DNA from: Anaeramoeba ignava BMAN
Lineage: Eukaryota > Protista > Anaeramoebae
NCBI GenBank assembly: GCA_028826165.1
Contig: JAPDFW010000033.1
Location: forward strand, 620,001 to 684,000
Direction of reading: 5' to 3'
Length of the DNA stretch: 64,000 bases
In this document: positions 13,722-25,228 of the stretch, piece after piece
How positions within the stretch are numbered: position 1 is the first letter of the stretch
How the letters are laid out: the number at the start of each line of letters is the position of its first letter
Position numbers and translations under genes: made by a program
Notes under the pieces: model-generated
What the model was told of the DNA's origin: nothing
Databases searched by the model: none
What the model saw: only the letters and a program-made list of their open reading frames with translations

Positions 13722-15497
13722 ATGAATGATTGTTTATTTTTTGGTTCAAATGATAAACCACAACTTATCAAAAATGAATCAAATAGAATATTAAAACCAA
13801 TTCAATTTAAATTTGAAAATGAAAATGAAAATGAAAATGAAAAACAAATTAAACAAATTTCAACAAGTTATTTTGGAACAACTTTCCTTTTTAAAAATGG
13901 AAAAGCAATAGAATATTTAAGAGAAAATGATTCAAAACAAAATCCTGAAAAAATCCAAATTGAAGAAAATATTCAAAAAGTAATTGTTGGTGCTTCAAAT
14001 GAAACTATTTTAACAATAGAAGGAAATGTATTTGCCAAAGGAAAATATATCAATTCAAAAAATCCAAAAGAATTTATCAATATTTCATCATTAATTGAAG
14101 ATACAAATGATAGAGTAATTGAAGATATTGTTTCTGGAGCTGTTTCAATTTACTTATTAACTTCAAATCAAAATGCTTATGGAATTGGTTTAAATCATTT
14201 TGGTCAACTTGGATTTGATTCTGAAACACTTCCAAAAACAGAAAAACCAATTTTAATGATGAAAAATGTTTCTAAAATATTTTCAGGAAATATTTCAAAT
14301 TGGGTTTTTCTTTTAAATTCAAATCAAGAATTATTTGGATGTGGATATAACGATTATGGTCAAGTTGGATTAGGAGAATCAAGAAAAGAAGAAAAAATCC
14401 AAAAATTAACCAAAATCCAAAATATTCCAAAAGGAAAAATAATTGATATTCGATGTGGTGGAGTTCATTCAATAATGTTGAATGAAGATCAAAATCAAAA
14501 TCCAAAAAGAAAACTTTATTCATGTGGAGATTATAAATGTAATGGACTTGGCAAAAATGAAAATACTTATGAATTTACTGAAATCAAATCATCTTTATTT
14601 GAAAATGATAATAATATTCTTGATTTTTCTGTTGGATTTAACCATACTTTGATTTTAACAACCAAAAGGAAATTAATAGGATTTGGAAGTAGTTATTATG
14701 GTAAATTAGGAACTGGAGATACAGAAGAACAATTTATTCCAATTCAAATTGTACTTCCTGAATTAAGATTTAATGAAAATATTTCTAATTATCATGTTTC
14801 TTGTGGATATTTCAAATCATTTCTTTATTATTCTCCTCCTTCTTTTTCCAATCTTGAAGAAGATTTGATAAAATTATTTGAAAGAAAAGAATTTTGTAAT
14901 ATTTCATTTAAAACAGAAAATGGAGAAATAATCAAAGCTCATAAATTAATATTGAAATATAGATTAAATCAAAATCAAAATCAAATTGAAGAACTTAAAG
15001 AAATTATTTCAAAAAAATCAATTAAAGAATCAAATCAAATATTTGAAATGATTTATTCAAACAGAATAATAAATCCAAAATTATATTCTGAAATTAAAGA
15101 AATTATAAATTCCAATGAAAAAATTGAAGAAACAATTAAAAGAATTTATTTAAATGAAAATGAAAATGAAAATGAAAAAGATTTTATAATTGAAAGAAAA
15201 GAAAAACAATATAAATTTCCTAAATTAATATTAATAATGAGAAGTGAATTATATCGAGGAATGTTTTTATCTGTAACAGAAGATAAATCTAATAAAGTTA
15301 CAGATTATAGTGAATTAAGTAATAAATCATTTCAAATATTTGAATATTGGATTTATTCAAATCAAATTAAAGATGAAATTCAAATTACACAAGAAATCAT
15401 TAATGAAATTGAAATTGGAATTGATTATTTTCAATTAAATCAAACAAATCCAAATTTATTTGATTTATTAATTAAGAAATTTAATAATCAAAATTAA
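13722..15497 (+). CDS. RCC1-BTB copy 3 (type A)
   Basis: Start placed at MNDCLFF by alignment to paralogs; RCC1 repeats plus BTB motifs. Confidence 0.9.
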   Translation: MNDCLFFGSNDKPQLIKNESNRILKPIQFKFENENENENEKQIKQISTSYFGTTFLFKNGKAIEYLRENDSKQNPEKIQIEENIQKVIVGASNETILTIEGNVFAKGKYINSKNPKEFINISSLIEDTNDRVIEDIVSGAVSIYLLTSNQNAYGIGLNHFGQLGFDSETLPKTEKPILMMKNVSKIFSGNISNWVFLLNSNQELFGCGYNDYGQVGLGESRKEEKIQKLTKIQNIPKGKIIDIRCGGVHSIMLNEDQNQNPKRKLYSCGDYKCNGLGKNENTYEFTEIKSSLFENDNNILDFSVGFNHTLILTTKRKLIGFGSSYYGKLGTGDTEEQFIPIQIVLPELRFNENISNYHVSCGYFKSFLYYSPPSFSNLEEDLIKLFERKEFCNISFKTENGEIIKAHKLILKYRLNQNQNQIEELKEIISKKSIKESNQIFEMIYSNRIINPKLYSEIKEIINSNEKIEETIKRIYLNENENENEKDFIIERKEKQYKFPKLILIMRSELYRGMFLSVTEDKSNKVTDYSELSNKSFQIFEYWIYSNQIKDEIQITQEIINEIEIGIDYFQLNQTNPNLFDLLIKKFNNQN

Positions 15498-15651
15498 AAT
15501 TAAAATTAAAATTTAAAATTAAAATTCAAAATTAAAATTAAAATTAAAATTAAAATTAAAATTTCAAAATTTAAAAATTAAAATCAAAATTAAAATTAAA
15601 ATTAAAATTCATTTTAAAATTAAAATTTTCAAAAATTTTTTCTTTTCAAAA

Positions 15652-17439
15652 ATGAATGAAATTATATTTTTTGGTTCAAATGATAAACCAAAACTTTTAA
15701 AAAACAAATCAAGTATAATATTAAAACCAATTCAATTTAAATTTGAAAATGAAAATGAAAATGAAAATGAAAAACAAATTAAACAAATTTCATCAGGTTA
15801 CTTTTCAACAATTTTCCTTTTTGAAAATGGAAAAGCAATAGAATATTTAAATGAAAATGATTCAAAACAAAATCCTGAAAAAATCCAAATTGAAAATATT
15901 CAAAAAGTAATTGTTGATTTTGAAAATGAAGCTATTTTAACAATAGAAGGAAATGTATTTGCCAAAGGAGAAGATATTAATCCAAATAATCCAAATGAAT
16001 TTATCAATATTTCATCATTAATTGAAGATAAAAATGATAGAACAATTGAAGATATTGTTTCATGCTCTAATACAATTTATTTATTAACTTCAAATCAAAA
16101 TGCTTATGGAATTGGTTCAAATAAATTAGGTCAACTTGGATTTGATTCTGAAACACTTCCAAAAACAGAAAAACCAATTTTAATAATGAAAAATGTTTCT
16201 AAAATATTTTCAGGAAATTCTTCAGATTCTGTTTTTCTTTTAAATTCAAATCAAGAATTATTTGGATGCGGAAATAATCAATACGACCATCTTGGATTAG
16301 GAGAATCAAGACAAAAAGAAACCAAAATCCAAAAATTAACCAAAATCCAAAATATTCCAAAAGGTAAAATAATTGATATTAAATGTGGTGGAGTTCATTC
16401 AATAATGTTGATTGAAAATGAAAACCAAAATCCAAAAAGAAAACTTTATTCATGTGGAGATTATCCATTTAATGGACTTGGCAAAGATGAAAATACTTAT
16501 GAATTTACTGAAATCAAATCATCTTTATTTGAAAATGATGATATTCTTGATTTTTCTGTTGGATTTGTCCATACTTTGATTTTAACTTCCAAAAGGAAAT
16601 TGATATCATTTGGAAGAAATTCTCATGGTCAATTAGGAAATAAAGATCTGGAATTTCAATTACCTCCTATTCAAATTAAACTTCCTAAATTAAGATTTAA
16701 TGAAAATATTTCTAATTATCACATTTCTTGTGGATTTTTCAATTCATTTATTTATTATTCTCCTCCTTCTTTTTCCAATCTTGAAGAAGATTTGATAAAA
16801 TTATTTGAAAGAAAAGAATTTTGTAATATTTCATTTAAAACAGAAAATGGAGAAATAATCAAAGCTCATAAATTAATATTGAAATATAGATTAATTCAAA
16901 ATCAAAATCAAAATCAAATTGGAAAACTTAAAGAAATTATTTCAAAAAAATCAATTAAAGAATCAAATCAAATATTTGAAATGATTTATTCAAATAATTC
17001 CAAAATAAATCCAATATTATATTTTGAAATTAAAGAAATTATAAATTCCAATGAAAAAATTGAAGAAACAATGAAAAGAATTTATTTAAATGAAAATGAA
17101 AATGAAAATGAAAAAGATTTTATTATTGAAAGAAAAGAAAAACAATATAAATTCCCTAAATTAATATTAATAATGAGAAGTGAATTATATCGAGGAATGT
17201 TTTTATCTGTAACAGAAGATAAATCAAATAAAGTTAGAGATTATAGTGAATTAAGTAATAAATCATTTCAAATATTAGAATATTGGATTTATTCAAATCA
17301 AATTAAAGATAAAATTCAAATTACACAAGAAATAATTGATGAAATTGAAATTGGAATTGATTATTTTCAATTAAATCAAACAAAACCAAATTTATTTGAT
17401 TTATTAATTAAGAAATTTAATAATCAAAATCAATATTAA
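15652..17439 (+). CDS. RCC1-BTB copy 4 (type B)
   Basis: Intact 595-aa ORF, same architecture. Confidence 0.9.
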   Translation: MNEIIFFGSNDKPKLLKNKSSIILKPIQFKFENENENENEKQIKQISSGYFSTIFLFENGKAIEYLNENDSKQNPEKIQIENIQKVIVDFENEAILTIEGNVFAKGEDINPNNPNEFINISSLIEDKNDRTIEDIVSCSNTIYLLTSNQNAYGIGSNKLGQLGFDSETLPKTEKPILIMKNVSKIFSGNSSDSVFLLNSNQELFGCGNNQYDHLGLGESRQKETKIQKLTKIQNIPKGKIIDIKCGGVHSIMLIENENQNPKRKLYSCGDYPFNGLGKDENTYEFTEIKSSLFENDDILDFSVGFVHTLILTSKRKLISFGRNSHGQLGNKDLEFQLPPIQIKLPKLRFNENISNYHISCGFFNSFIYYSPPSFSNLEEDLIKLFERKEFCNISFKTENGEIIKAHKLILKYRLIQNQNQNQIGKLKEIISKKSIKESNQIFEMIYSNNSKINPILYFEIKEIINSNEKIEETMKRIYLNENENENEKDFIIERKEKQYKFPKLILIMRSELYRGMFLSVTEDKSNKVRDYSELSNKSFQILEYWIYSNQIKDKIQITQEIIDEIEIGIDYFQLNQTKPNLFDLLIKKFNNQNQY

Positions 17440-17478
17440 AATTAAAATTCAAAAATTTTCATTTTTCATTTTTTTTTG

Positions 17479-19735
17479 ATGAATATGAATATTTGTGAAA
17501 TTATTGAGAAAAATAATATTGAATCACTAAAAAAAATTAATTTTCTTCAAGAAAAAGATTTAAAGATAAATAACAAAACACCTATTTTACATTTTGCAAT
17601 AGAAAAAAAAGCAACAGAAGAAATGATTGAATTGTTGATTTCAAAAGGTGCAAATCCAAATTTAGTTGATAAAAAAGGAAGAAATTCATTACATATTGCA
17701 GTTAAAAAAAATTCAAATATTGGATCGATTGAAAAAATAATTTCAAAAGGAATTGATATCAATTCAAAAACAAATCGAAATGAAACAGCTTTACATTTTG
17801 CTTGTGAAAAATATTCACTTGATGTTATTAAATTTCTTATTGAAAAAGGAATTGATATTAATTCAATAACCATTTATCATGAAACAGCTTTGCATATAGC
17901 TTGTGAAAATGGTTTATCACTTGATGTTATCAAATTTCTTATTGAAAAAGGAATTGATATCAATGCAAAAACAGATATAAACCAAACAGCTTTACATTTT
18001 GCTTGTGAAAAATATTCAATTGAAGTTATCAAATTTCTTATTGAAAAAGGAATTGATATCAATTCAAAAACAAATCAAAATGAAACAATTTTACATTATG
18101 CTTGTAGAAAAAATTCATCTGAAGTTATTCGGTATTTGATTTAACAAGGGGTTGATATCAATATAAAAAATGATAATGATGAAACAATTTTACATTATAT
18201 TTTCCATATAAACTCAATGGAACTACTTGAATATTTGATAAAAAAAGGAATTAATATTTATGCAAAAGCAAAGGATCAGAAAACAGCTTTGCATATTGCA
18301 TGCTGGGAATATTCTTCATTAGGAATTATCGAATATCTTGTTGACAAAGGGCTTGATATCAATGCAAAAACAGAATTTAATGAAATACCTTTACATTTTG
18401 CTTGCGAGAATAATTCACTTGAAGTTATTCAATATCTTATTGAAAAGGGATGTGATATCAATGCAAAAACAATCCAAAATGAAACACCATTATATTTCGC
18501 TTGTTTAAATAATTCAAATGCATTAGAAATTACAAAGTATTTGATTTCAAAAGGAAGTGATATTAATGCTCAAACAAAACAAAATTCAACAGCTTTGCAT
18601 TTTGCATTTCAAAAAAATTTGTTAAATATTGCACAATATTTGATTGATAACGGAATTGATGTCAATGCAAAAACAAATCACAATCAAACAGCTTTGCATT
18701 TTGCTTGTCAAAGAAATTCTTTCGAAATTGTCAAGAATTTGATCTCAAAAGGAAGTGATGTTAATGCAAAAACATCTTATAAAGAAACAGCTTTACATTT
18801 TGCTTGCTATCAAAATTCATTTGAAATCGTTGAATATTTAGTTGAAAAAGGTGCTGATATTAATGTCAAAAAAGCCAAAAATGAAACACCTCTTTCAATA
18901 TCTATTCAGAAAGGAAATGAAAAGATCATCATATTTTTATTGATGAATGATGCAAATATTTTTGATTTGAAGAAAAAACAAATTACAAATCAATTTTTGA
19001 TTCTTTTTCTGAAATTTATTCAATCAACGAAGATATGAAAAATTTATTAAATTCATTTGATAATTTTTCAGATTTCATAATTCAATCAAAAGATGGTTTT
19101 AAATTCAATGTTCACAAATTGATTTTATTAACAAGATTTGATAATAATGATTTAATTTTACAGAAATTTGTTGATGTTTGTTCTCAAAAATTAAAAGAGG
19201 ATATCCAATTTATTATTAATTTTCTTTTATACAGGATTCATTGATTTTGAAGAGATTTATCAACATTTAAATTCAAAAAAATCATATTTCTAATCATTTG
19301 AAAAATGATCAACAAGAAAAGAAATCAAAAATGGAAGAATTTTTCAAAGAAATTGGATTTGATTCAAAATGGATTAATGAAAAAAAAGGAAGAAAAGGTA
19401 TTTTAAGAGATTTGCAGCAATTGTATCAACAAGAAACAACTAAAGATTTTACGATAATTTGTGAAGAAAAAGAAATCAAAGTTCATAAATTAATATTAAT
19501 AATGAGAAGTGAATTATTCAAAGGAATGTTTCAATTAAATGTTCAAGATTCTTCAAATCAAGTTCATGATTATTCACAAAAATCATTTCAAACAATTAAT
19601 CAATTAATTTATTTTCTTTATCATGATAAATTTTCTGAAACGCAATTAAGAAAAGAAATTAAAGGAGAACTTAAAGATGCGAAAGACTATTATCAATTAA
19701 ATCCACATTCAATAATTGATTTAATTTTAAAATGA
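17479..19735 (+). pseudogene. Ankyrin-repeat + BTB protein, disrupted
   Basis: TAA at 18142-18144 where the paralog has GAA (26390-26392); homopolymer frameshifts near 19005, 19228 and 19280. Ankyrin TALHFAC repeats; BTB KDFTII..VHKLILIMRSELFKGMF. Confidence 0.7.
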
Positions 19736-19780
19736 AAATAAAAAAATATTAAACTAAGAAAATGGATTTCAAAATGAATT

Positions 19781-21421
19781 TTAAAGGAAATAAATTTCAA
19801 CTTCATCAACTTTCCATGAATTAAAAGATCCAGCTAAATAACTTTTAGCTTCATTTGTATCATATTCAATTTCATTAGGCAATTTGTAACTAGAACCAAA
19901 ATTTGATTTACCATATTCTAAACTATCTAAGAATTCCAAATCTCCAGTTATACCCATTCCGAAAATTGGACCATAATTTGGATGATAATAAATTGCATTT
20001 TTTTCTTGATCTTTTTTAATTGGAAATTTATGTGGATTTCGATTATTTTTATTATTTCTTAATGAAAAAATAAATGATTTTGAATCAGGAATATATCCCC
20101 ATGAAAATTTTCTATCACACCATCTCCATTTTGATTTATCATTTGTAAATCCTATTGAAGTAAATCCTCCAAAAATGTAATTTTCTGTTGTTTTGATAAT
20201 AATTAATGTTTTTCCTTTGTTATCACATTTATCATGCCATTTTTTACAATTAAATCCTTTTTTTTTTGCTGAAAATCCTTTTTTCATTTTGGAAAAGAAT
20301 TCATCATCATTTATCCATTCTTTTAATTTATTGAAATTTTCTTTTGTTTTGATTATTGATGAATTAAATGATGATTTGAGTTTGAAATTTGATGAATTTT
20401 GAATTTGAATTTGATATTGAATTTGATGTAAATTTTGAATTTGATTTTGATTTTGATTTTGATTTTGATATTGAATTTGATTTTGAATTTGATTTTGATT
20501 TTGAATTTGATTTTGATTTTGATTTTGAGATTGATTTTGAAATTGAATTAATTTTTCTAATTCTGCTTCATTATTTTGATCATTTTGAAGTTTTTGGAAT
20601 TGAATTAATTGTTCTGAAATTTGTTTTGGAATTAAATCATCTTTTAATGTTTTATTTATTTCTTCTTCTGAAAAATTATTAAATTGTATTTGTTCAATAA
20701 TAATATTTGAAATTTGATTTTGAATTTGTTCTTTTTCTTTTTTTTCGAGTTTTTCATTTTCTTTTTCTTGATTAATATTTAATTTATGTTTTCCCCATTT
20801 GATTATTAATTGGAAAATTTCAAATTCATTTAGAGAAATGTATCCACTTGATATAATTGATTTAAATTGATTTTCTTCAAGTTCAAGAAAAAATGAAGTT
20901 TTAATAAATTCATTTATGTTTTCTAAAATAAATTGATAAGAAGAATTTAATAATTGGTTAAATTTCATTGCTTCAGATAATTTAAGAATATCAACAACTG
21001 TTTCGAATTGTAAATTATTTTTGATAATTTTTGAACAAATTTCAATTAATTCATCAATTAAATATTTTGATGAAAAAAATAAAATTTCAATAACATTTTC
21101 TAAATTAATTTCAATTTTTCCTGAATAAAAATAATTCAATATTAAATTTAAAGTTGGAATTGAAAAATCGTTTAAAATCATTTTATTTTCTTGATATTCT
21201 TTCATTTTTGAATTAAAAAGTGATTTAAAATATTGACTTCTTGAAGAAAGGATTGATTTATGAGTTTTAAATGAAATTGGATTTATTTGTTGATTTTGTT
21301 CACAAATTATTTCAAAATCAAAATAATTTTCATTTTGATTTTCATTTTCATTTTGATTTTCATTTTGAAATAAATTTTTTAAATCATTTGAAAGTTTTTC
21401 TAAATTTGAATAAGTTTTCAT
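19781..21421 (-). CDS. BTB-BACK-TLDc protein (copy 3)
   Basis: Start MKTYSNLEK at 21421 by alignment to paralogs; intact. Confidence 0.9.
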   Translation of the reverse strand: MKTYSNLEKLSNDLKNLFQNENQNENENQNENYFDFEIICEQNQQINPISFKTHKSILSSRSQYFKSLFNSKMKEYQENKMILNDFSIPTLNLILNYFYSGKIEINLENVIEILFFSSKYLIDELIEICSKIIKNNLQFETVVDILKLSEAMKFNQLLNSSYQFILENINEFIKTSFFLELEENQFKSIISSGYISLNEFEIFQLIIKWGKHKLNINQEKENEKLEKKEKEQIQNQISNIIIEQIQFNNFSEEEINKTLKDDLIPKQISEQLIQFQKLQNDQNNEAELEKLIQFQNQSQNQNQNQIQNQNQIQNQIQYQNQNQNQNQIQNLHQIQYQIQIQNSSNFKLKSSFNSSIIKTKENFNKLKEWINDDEFFSKMKKGFSAKKKGFNCKKWHDKCDNKGKTLIIIKTTENYIFGGFTSIGFTNDKSKWRWCDRKFSWGYIPDSKSFIFSLRNNKNNRNPHKFPIKKDQEKNAIYYHPNYGPIFGMGITGDLEFLDSLEYGKSNFGSSYKLPNEIEYDTNEAKSYLAGSFNSWKVDEVEIYFL

Positions 21422-21489
21422 TTTTAAATTAAAAAAATTTAAAAAATGAAAAATGAAAAATGAAAATTCATTTTTTTTCTTTTCAAAAA

Positions 21490-23295
21490 ATGAATGATTG
21501 TTTATTTTTTGGTTCAAATGATAAACCAAAACTTATCAAAAATGAATCAAATATAATATTAAAACCAATTCAATTTAAATTTGAAAATGAAAATGAAAAT
21601 GAAAATGAAAAACAAATTAAACAAATTTCAACAAGTTATTTTGGAACAATTTTCCTTTTTAAAAATGGAAAAGCAATAGAATATTTAAGAGAAAATGATT
21701 CAAAACAAAATCCTGAAAAAATCCAAATTGAAGAAAATATTCAAAAAGTAATTGTTGGTGCTTCAAATGAAACTATTTTAACAATAGAAGGAAATGTATT
21801 TGCCAAAGGAAAATATATCAATCCAAAAAATCCAAAAGAATTTATCAATATTTCATCATTAATTGAAGATACAAATGATAGAATAATTCAAGATATTGTT
21901 TCTGGAGCTGTTTCAATTTATTTATTAACTTCAAATCAAAATGCTTATGGAATTGGTTTAAATCATTTTGGTCAACTTGGATTTGATTCTGAAACACTTC
22001 CAAAAACACAAAAACCAATTTTAATGATGAAAAATGTTTCTAAAATATTTTCAGGAAATATTTCAAATTGGGTTTTTCTTTTAAATTCAAATCAAGAATT
22101 ATTTGGATGCGGATATAACGATTATGGTCAAGTTGGATTAGGAGAATTAAGAAAAGAAGAAAAAATCCAAAAATTAACCAAAATCCAAAATATTCCAAAA
22201 GGTAAAATAATTGATATTCGATGTGGTGGAGTTCATTCAATAATGTTGATTGAAAATGAAAATGAAAATGAAAATGAAAATGAAAATGAAAATGAAAAAA
22301 GAAAACTTTATTCATGTGGAAATTATAAATGTAATGGACTTGGCAAAAATGAAAATACTTATGAATTTACTGAAATCAAATCATCTTTATTTGAAAATGA
22401 TAATAATATTCTTGATTTTTCTGTTGGATTTAACCATACTTTGATTTTAACAACCAAAAGGAAATTAATAGGATTTGGAAGTAGTTATTATGGTAAATTA
22501 GGAACTGGAGATACAGAAGAACAATTAATTCCAATTCAAATTGAACTTCCTGAATTAAGATTTAATGAAAATATTTCTAATTATCATGTTTCTTGTGGAT
22601 ATTTCAAATCATTTCTTTATTATTCTCCTCCTTCTTTTTCCAATCTTGAAGAAGATTTGATAAAATTATTTGAAAGAAAAGAATTTTGTAATATTTCATT
22701 TAAAACAGAAAATGGAGAAATAATCAAAGCTCATAAATTAATATTGAAATATAGATTAAATCAAAATCAAAATCAAAATCAAATTGAAGAACTTAAAGAA
22801 ATTATTTCAAAAAAATCAATTAAAGAATCAAATCAAATATTTGAAATGATTTATTCAAACAGAATTATAAATCCAAAATTATATTCTGAAATTAAAGAAA
22901 TTATAAATTCAAATGAAAAAATTGAAGAAACAATGAAAAGAATTTATTTAAATGAAAATGAAAATGAAAATGAAAAAGATTTTATAATTGAAAGAAAAGA
23001 AAAACAATATAAATTTCCTAAATTAATATTAATAATGAGAAGTGAATTATATCGAGGAATGTTTTTATCTGTAACAGAAGATAAATCTAATAAAGTTACA
23101 GATTATAGTGAATTAAGTAATAAATCATTTCAAATATTTGAATATTGGATTTATTCAAATCAAATTAAAGATGAAATTCAAATTACACAAGAAATCATTA
23201 ATGAAATTGAAATTGGAATTGATTATTTTCAATTAAATCAAACAAATCCAAATTTATTTGATTTATTAATTAAGAAATTTAATAATCAAAATTAA
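21490..23295 (+). CDS. RCC1-BTB copy 5 (type A)
   Basis: Near-identical to 13722-15497. Confidence 0.9.
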   Translation: MNDCLFFGSNDKPKLIKNESNIILKPIQFKFENENENENEKQIKQISTSYFGTIFLFKNGKAIEYLRENDSKQNPEKIQIEENIQKVIVGASNETILTIEGNVFAKGKYINPKNPKEFINISSLIEDTNDRIIQDIVSGAVSIYLLTSNQNAYGIGLNHFGQLGFDSETLPKTQKPILMMKNVSKIFSGNISNWVFLLNSNQELFGCGYNDYGQVGLGELRKEEKIQKLTKIQNIPKGKIIDIRCGGVHSIMLIENENENENENENENEKRKLYSCGNYKCNGLGKNENTYEFTEIKSSLFENDNNILDFSVGFNHTLILTTKRKLIGFGSSYYGKLGTGDTEEQLIPIQIELPELRFNENISNYHVSCGYFKSFLYYSPPSFSNLEEDLIKLFERKEFCNISFKTENGEIIKAHKLILKYRLNQNQNQNQIEELKEIISKKSIKESNQIFEMIYSNRIINPKLYSEIKEIINSNEKIEETMKRIYLNENENENEKDFIIERKEKQYKFPKLILIMRSELYRGMFLSVTEDKSNKVTDYSELSNKSFQIFEYWIYSNQIKDEIQITQEIINEIEIGIDYFQLNQTNPNLFDLLIKKFNNQN

Positions 23296-23396
23296 AATTA
23301 AAATTAAAATTTAAAATTAAAATTCAAAATTAAAATTAAAATTAAAATTAAAATTAAAATTTCAAAATTCATTTTTCATTTTTTTTCTTTTCAAAA

Positions 23397-25190
23397 ATGA
23401 ATGAAATTATATTTTTTGGTTCAAATGATAAACCACAACTTTTAAAAAACAAATCAAGTATAATATTAAAACCAATTCAATTTAAATTTGAAAATGAAAA
23501 TGAAAATGAAAATGAAAAACAAATTAAACAAATTTCATCAGGTTATTTTGGAACAATTTTCCTTTTTGAAAATGGAAAAGCAATAGAATATTTAAGAGAA
23601 AATGATTCAAAACAAAATCCTGAAAAAATCCAAATTGAAAATATTCAAAAAGTAATTGTTGGTGCTTCAAATGAAACTATTTTAACAATAGAAGGAAATG
23701 TATTTGCCAAAGGAGAAGATATTAATCCAAATAATCTAAATGAATTTATCAATATTTCATCATTAATTAAAGATAAAAATGATAGAATAATTGAAGATAT
23801 TGTTTCATGCTCTAATACAATTTATTTATTAACTTCAAATCAAAATGCTTATGGAATTGGTTCAAATAAATTAGGTCAACTTGGTTTTGATTCTGAAACA
23901 CTTCCAAAAACAGAAAAACCAATTTTAATGATGAAAAATGTTTCTAAAATATTTTCAGGAAATTCTTCAGATTCTGTTTTTCTTTTAAATTCAAATCAAG
24001 AATTATTTGGATGCGGAAATAATCAATATGACCAACTTGGATTAGGAGAATCAAGAAAAGAAACAAAAATCCAAAAATTAACCAAAATTCAAAATATTCC
24101 AAAAGGTAAAATAATTGATATTAAATGTGGTGGAGTTCATTCAATAATGTTGATTGAAGATGAAAATGAAAACCAAAATCCAAAAAGAAAACTTTATTCA
24201 TGTGGAGATTATCCATTTAATGGACTTGGCAAAAATGAAAATACTTATGAATTTACTGAAATCAAATCATCTTTATTTGAAAATGATGATGATATTCTTG
24301 ATTTTTCTGTTGGATTTGTCCATACTTTGGTTTTAACTTCCAATTCAAAAGTGATAGTATTTGGAAGAAATTCTTTTGGTCAATTAGGAAATAAAGATCT
24401 GGAATTTCAATTACCTCCTATTCAAATTAAACTTCCTAAATTAAGATTTAATGAAAATATTTCTAATTATCATGTTTCTTGTGGATTTTTCAATTCATTT
24501 CTTTATTATTCTCCTCCTTCTTTTTCCAATCTTGAAGAAGATTTGATAAAATTATTTGAAAGAAAAGAATTTTGTGATATTTCATTTAAAACCAAAAATG
24601 GAGAAATAATCAAAGCTCATAAATTAATATTGAAATATAGATTAAATCAAAATCAAAATCAAAATGAAATTGGAAAACTTAAAGAAATTATTTCAAAAAA
24701 ATCAATTAAAGAATCAAATCAAATATTTGAAATGATTTATTCAAATAATTCCAAAATAAATCCAATATTATATTTTGAAATTAAAGAAATTATAAATTCC
24801 AATGAAAAAATTGAAGAAACAATGAAAAGAATTTATTTAAATGAAAATGAAAATGAAAATGAAAAAGATTTTATTATTGAAAGAAAAGAAAAACAATATA
24901 AATTCCCTAAATTAATATTAATAATGAGAAGTGAATTATATCGAGGAATGTTTTTATCTGTAACAGAAGATAAATCAAATAAAGTTAGAGATTATAGTGA
25001 ATTAAGTAATAAATCATTTCAAATATTAGAATATTGGATTTATTCAAATCAAATTAAAGATAAAATTCAAATTACACAAGAAATCATTAATGAAATTGAA
25101 ATTGGAATTGATTATTTTCAATTAAATCAAACAAAACCAAATTTATTTGATTTATTAATTAAGAAATTTAATAATCAAAATCAAAATTAA
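23397..25190 (+). CDS. RCC1-BTB copy 6 (type B with a type-A patch)
   Basis: Intact 597-aa ORF. Confidence 0.9.
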   Translation: MNEIIFFGSNDKPQLLKNKSSIILKPIQFKFENENENENEKQIKQISSGYFGTIFLFENGKAIEYLRENDSKQNPEKIQIENIQKVIVGASNETILTIEGNVFAKGEDINPNNLNEFINISSLIKDKNDRIIEDIVSCSNTIYLLTSNQNAYGIGSNKLGQLGFDSETLPKTEKPILMMKNVSKIFSGNSSDSVFLLNSNQELFGCGNNQYDQLGLGESRKETKIQKLTKIQNIPKGKIIDIKCGGVHSIMLIEDENENQNPKRKLYSCGDYPFNGLGKNENTYEFTEIKSSLFENDDDILDFSVGFVHTLVLTSNSKVIVFGRNSFGQLGNKDLEFQLPPIQIKLPKLRFNENISNYHVSCGFFNSFLYYSPPSFSNLEEDLIKLFERKEFCDISFKTKNGEIIKAHKLILKYRLNQNQNQNEIGKLKEIISKKSIKESNQIFEMIYSNNSKINPILYFEIKEIINSNEKIEETMKRIYLNENENENEKDFIIERKEKQYKFPKLILIMRSELYRGMFLSVTEDKSNKVRDYSELSNKSFQILEYWIYSNQIKDKIQITQEIINEIEIGIDYFQLNQTKPNLFDLLIKKFNNQNQN

Positions 25191-25228
25191 AATTAAAATT
25201 CAAAAATTTTCATTTTTCATTTTTTTTG